A DNA stretch of 64,000 nt from an uncultured Acidobacteriaceae bacterium (GTDB taxonomy: Bacteria; Acidobacteriota; Terriglobia; Terriglobales; Acidobacteriaceae): positions 1,438,235 through 1,502,234 of the forward strand of contig CAWJSL010000003.1 of NCBI GenBank assembly GCA_963845585.1, in the 5' to 3' direction. Shown here piece after piece: positions 61,654 through 64,000 of this stretch. Below the pieces are notes generated by a model. The model had not been told where the DNA came from. It was given only the letters and a program-made list of their open reading frames with translations, and ran no database searches. Made by a program: the position numbers and the translations under genes. The stretch's first letter is position 1; each line of letters opens with the position of its first letter.

Positions 61654-62670
61654 ATGACCTATCCATACGTTGTACGAAAGATTTCGAGTCATTACCCGCA
61701 TATAGACCCCATCAATATATCGAAGCGGCTTCGCCACTCGAGTTTTGTCAATGTCGGCAGGCGGTACCTTTATTTCGAAGTTCCGAAAGCAGCCTGCACG
61801 CAAATGAAGGAACTGCTGCGTGTTCAACATGGCGCGCCGCCGATTCAGCTTTTTGTAGGCAAGCTCATGGAGACCCGCCGCGACATGTTTGTCCACGCTC
61901 GCGAAAACGTGCCGCTGCCTTCCCTGGTCGATTTGGACGAAGCGACCCAAAAAGAGGTCCTTGAATCGGATAGTTTCTTTCGGTTCACGATCGTCCGCAA
62001 TCCTTACACGCGTGTGGTTTCGGCCTGGAAGAATAAAGTGGTCCCTTGTGAACCGGGCTCGGAACGCTTGTACTTGGAAATCAAGGGCCGCCTGCCGGAT
62101 ATGCATGCGAAGGAGCTCATTGCGTTTGATGAGTTTGTGGGCTATCTCCAAGCCAAGGGCGATCTCAGCGCGTGTGATCCGCACTGGCGGCGCCAGGTTG
62201 ATCATTTGTTTCTCGACGCGTTGAGCTTTTCTCATGTGGGTAAGGTCGAAGACATGGCCGCAAGCCTGGCCCGGTTCCAACAACATCTCGGGCTTCGAGA
62301 ACCGCTCATGATGGGCAGGAAAAACGTTTCCGCGCCGGTCGGCCTCGCCACCTATAACCAGAATCTGGCAGACCAGGTCTATTCGCTATATCGGGAGGAT
62401 TTCGAGCGACTGGGCTATAACCGCGATTCCTGGCGCGACGGCCAGTCCGCCGTCTCGACGACGCCGAAGGCCGTCATCCCTGAGGCAAGATTCTATGACG
62501 AGATTATCGAGAGGAACCTCATAATCTCGGGCCTCTACGCGGAGCGCGAGCGGCTACGGGCTGACCTTAAACGGGTCTCTCGACTGCACCTGCTGCCTTT
62601 GGTAAACGCACTGGCCAGCCTTCGCCGGAGGGTGTTTGCGATGGCGTCCAAAATACGGGGCGGGGTCTGA
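61654..62670 (+). CDS. Carbohydrate sulfotransferase (Sulfotransfer_2-like)
   Basis: YLYFEVPKAACTQMKELL and FTIVRNPYTRVVSAWKNK motifs. ATG 61654 avoids overlap with the preceding gene. Confidence 0.75.
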   Translation: MTYPYVVRKISSHYPHIDPINISKRLRHSSFVNVGRRYLYFEVPKAACTQMKELLRVQHGAPPIQLFVGKLMETRRDMFVHARENVPLPSLVDLDEATQKEVLESDSFFRFTIVRNPYTRVVSAWKNKVVPCEPGSERLYLEIKGRLPDMHAKELIAFDEFVGYLQAKGDLSACDPHWRRQVDHLFLDALSFSHVGKVEDMAASLARFQQHLGLREPLMMGRKNVSAPVGLATYNQNLADQVYSLYREDFERLGYNRDSWRDGQSAVSTTPKAVIPEARFYDEIIERNLIISGLYAERERLRADLKRVSRLHLLPLVNALASLRRRVFAMASKIRGGV

Positions 62671-62985
62671 TCGATGCTGGGAAGCGGAAGTGTGCCCCAT
62701 TGAATTTTGCCCGCACAGGCTTGAAGCGGTAAAAGGGTCTCGTCATTCCGTCGGGTGAAAAATGTTTTCCTACTTTTTGCCTTGCCGGAAACATGCCGCA
62801 GGCACGCTCGGAATCGGAATCCTAAGTCATTGAAATAAAAGATGATGTCTGTCAATGGCAGAACTGGTTTGGGAAGGAGTGGAGCTTGGCTTGCTCCTTA
62901 ATCTATCCCAGCCCGGCCCCACACCAGACGGGACCTCTGATGTGCGCGTTATTCTAGTTCCGGAAAGGATGTAATAGGTACCACC

Positions 62986-64000
62986 ATGATCGGTTCACGG
63001 GAAACGGGGCGCACAGGCGAATCATCTGGGTTACCGTCCACGACAAAGGACGAGCTAATCGCTGGCGCTCATCTGCCGCCCACGACCAGCTACAGATCCC
63101 TTGCGCGCGCTTTCATCCTGCGCCTGTGCGTAGCAGTGACGCTGGCAGTGATCTTCGTTGTTGGGGTAGAACTGTTGACCTATTGGCGTGGGGTCGAGAA
63201 TCAACACAGCATGGGGCCGGAGGTCGAAGCGGCGGTTGTTCAAGGGACCGCTGAAGAGCGCGAGTATTGGAGAGAACAACAGCCTGCGCAGAAAGTGCAG
63301 TACGAGCCATACGTCCTGTGGCGCCGGGCTCCCTTTAACGGCAGTGCTATTTCGATCGACGCGGACGGCATCCGACGCACCCTCCACACCCACTGCGACG
63401 CTGCGACCTTCACGGTGTGGCTGTTCGGAGACTCTGTGATGTGGGGCTGGGGCAGTCCGGACTCAGAGACGATCGCATCGCTGGTGGCGGCACATTACGA
63501 GAGTGCGGGCCGGCAAGTCTGCATCGTGAATTACGGGGAAAAAGGTTGGGCAAATACTCAAGAGCTTATCGAGCTTGTTCAACAACTCAAACACGCTGAC
63601 CGCAAACCGGATGTTGTCTTGTTTTACGACGGAGGCACGGAGGCCTTTACCGCCTATGAGAACAAGCAAGTGGACGTGCATAGTAACTATCTCGACTTCA
63701 GGAACTATCTCGAAGGCTGGATTACCGAGCGAAAGTCGGGATTCTCCTACGTCAGCCGGACTAACACCTATCGGCTATTGGAAAACATAGCGGCCAGGGT
63801 CTCGCCCAAGCAGGACAGCAACGATAGCGTTTCCGAGAGTGACGCGCAGACGTGGGCCCGTGCCATTATGCAGAATTACCAGGAAAACATGGACATTATC
63901 GGCCTCTTAGCCAAACAGTACGGTTTCCGTCCGATCTTTGTCTGGTATCCCAACATGGCAGTTGGCCACAAGCAACTGACACCGGATGAGGCACAACTGA
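62986..64000 (+). CDS. Membrane-anchored SGNH/GDSL-like hydrolase or acyltransferase; 3' end beyond window
   Basis: Frame is open from ATG 62986 to the window end (hand translation; not in the ORF track). TM helix ILRLCVAVTLAVIFVVGVELL. Block I motif FTVWLFGDSVMWGWG. Confidence 0.65.
   Translation, partial: MIGSRETGRTGESSGLPSTTKDELIAGAHLPPTTSYRSLARAFILRLCVAVTLAVIFVVGVELLTYWRGVENQHSMGPEVEAAVVQGTAEEREYWREQQPAQKVQYEPYVLWRRAPFNGSAISIDADGIRRTLHTHCDAATFTVWLFGDSVMWGWGSPDSETIASLVAAHYESAGRQVCIVNYGEKGWANTQELIELVQQLKHADRKPDVVLFYDGGTEAFTAYENKQVDVHSNYLDFRNYLEGWITERKSGFSYVSRTNTYRLLENIAARVSPKQDSNDSVSESDAQTWARAIMQNYQENMDIIGLLAKQYGFRPIFVWYPNMAVGHKQLTPDEAQL

Noticed and set aside
1-64000. tRNA, rRNA, tmRNA genes and prophage or integrative-element boundaries.
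   Set aside because: Visual scanning found no tRNA-like T-arm or acceptor patterns, no rRNA-like stretches and no intact integrase. Only remnants are present (a serine recombinase fragment and an IS630 tail). A tRNAscan/Infernal run would be needed for certainty.

Overview
High-GC (about 60% by eye) bacterial chromosomal window. The gene content and dispersed repeats look like Acidobacteriota (Terriglobia-like); this is inference, since no search was possible. All functional calls come from reading motifs in the supplied translations. I support about 60 protein-coding genes and found no rRNA, tRNA or CRISPR.

**Layout**
- **1-17.2 kb, minus strand:** one long co-directional exopolysaccharide (EPS) block. 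It holds a Wzy-like membrane protein, two GT4 glycosyltransferases, a sulfatase-like enzyme, a divergent deacetylase-like protein, a FemAB-like protein, a Wzx flippase and a large HP-motif protein. A complete pseudaminic acid operon follows (pseB-pseC-pseF-pseG-pseH-wbqC-pseI).
- **17.6-28.8 kb, plus strand:** Wzc-type tyrosine autokinase, TPR/carbohydrate-binding protein, O-antigen-ligase-family protein and S41 peptidase. Next comes a partial Tad pilus module (prepilin peptidase, two TadE-like proteins, TadG-like) and a lipoprotein.
- **28.8-45.3 kb:** sigma-54 two-component pair, OmpA-family protein, BNR beta-propeller, glgC, nucleotide-sugar dehydrogenase, DUF218 and CDGSH proteins. Also here are an intact IS30-family element, a triple-PilZ protein, a PPOX-family protein and a YihY-family protein.
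- **45.7-54.9 kb, accessory-looking stretch:** two csp genes, brnTA plus a duplicated brnA 3' fragment, and a lower-GC C-protein/restriction endonuclease/N6A-methyltransferase system. It also holds an AlkA-like glycosylase, a SAM methyltransferase, serine-recombinase and IS630 remnants, and a PEP-CTERM protein.
- **54.9-64 kb, candidate EPS-tailoring island:** stand-alone DltA-like adenylation enzyme, MBOAT acyltransferase, a GT2 interrupted by an in-frame TGA, three tandem sulfotransferases and a membrane-anchored SGNH protein cut by the window edge.

**Most notable non-genic signal**
- Intergenic tandem-heptamer arrays (AGGTCTC, AGTTCTC, AATTTGT), usually paired as inverted arms that predict long hairpins.
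- An approximately 87-bp palindromic element; one copy is split by the IS30.
- A TTCAG-loop hairpin family whose stems show compensatory changes.
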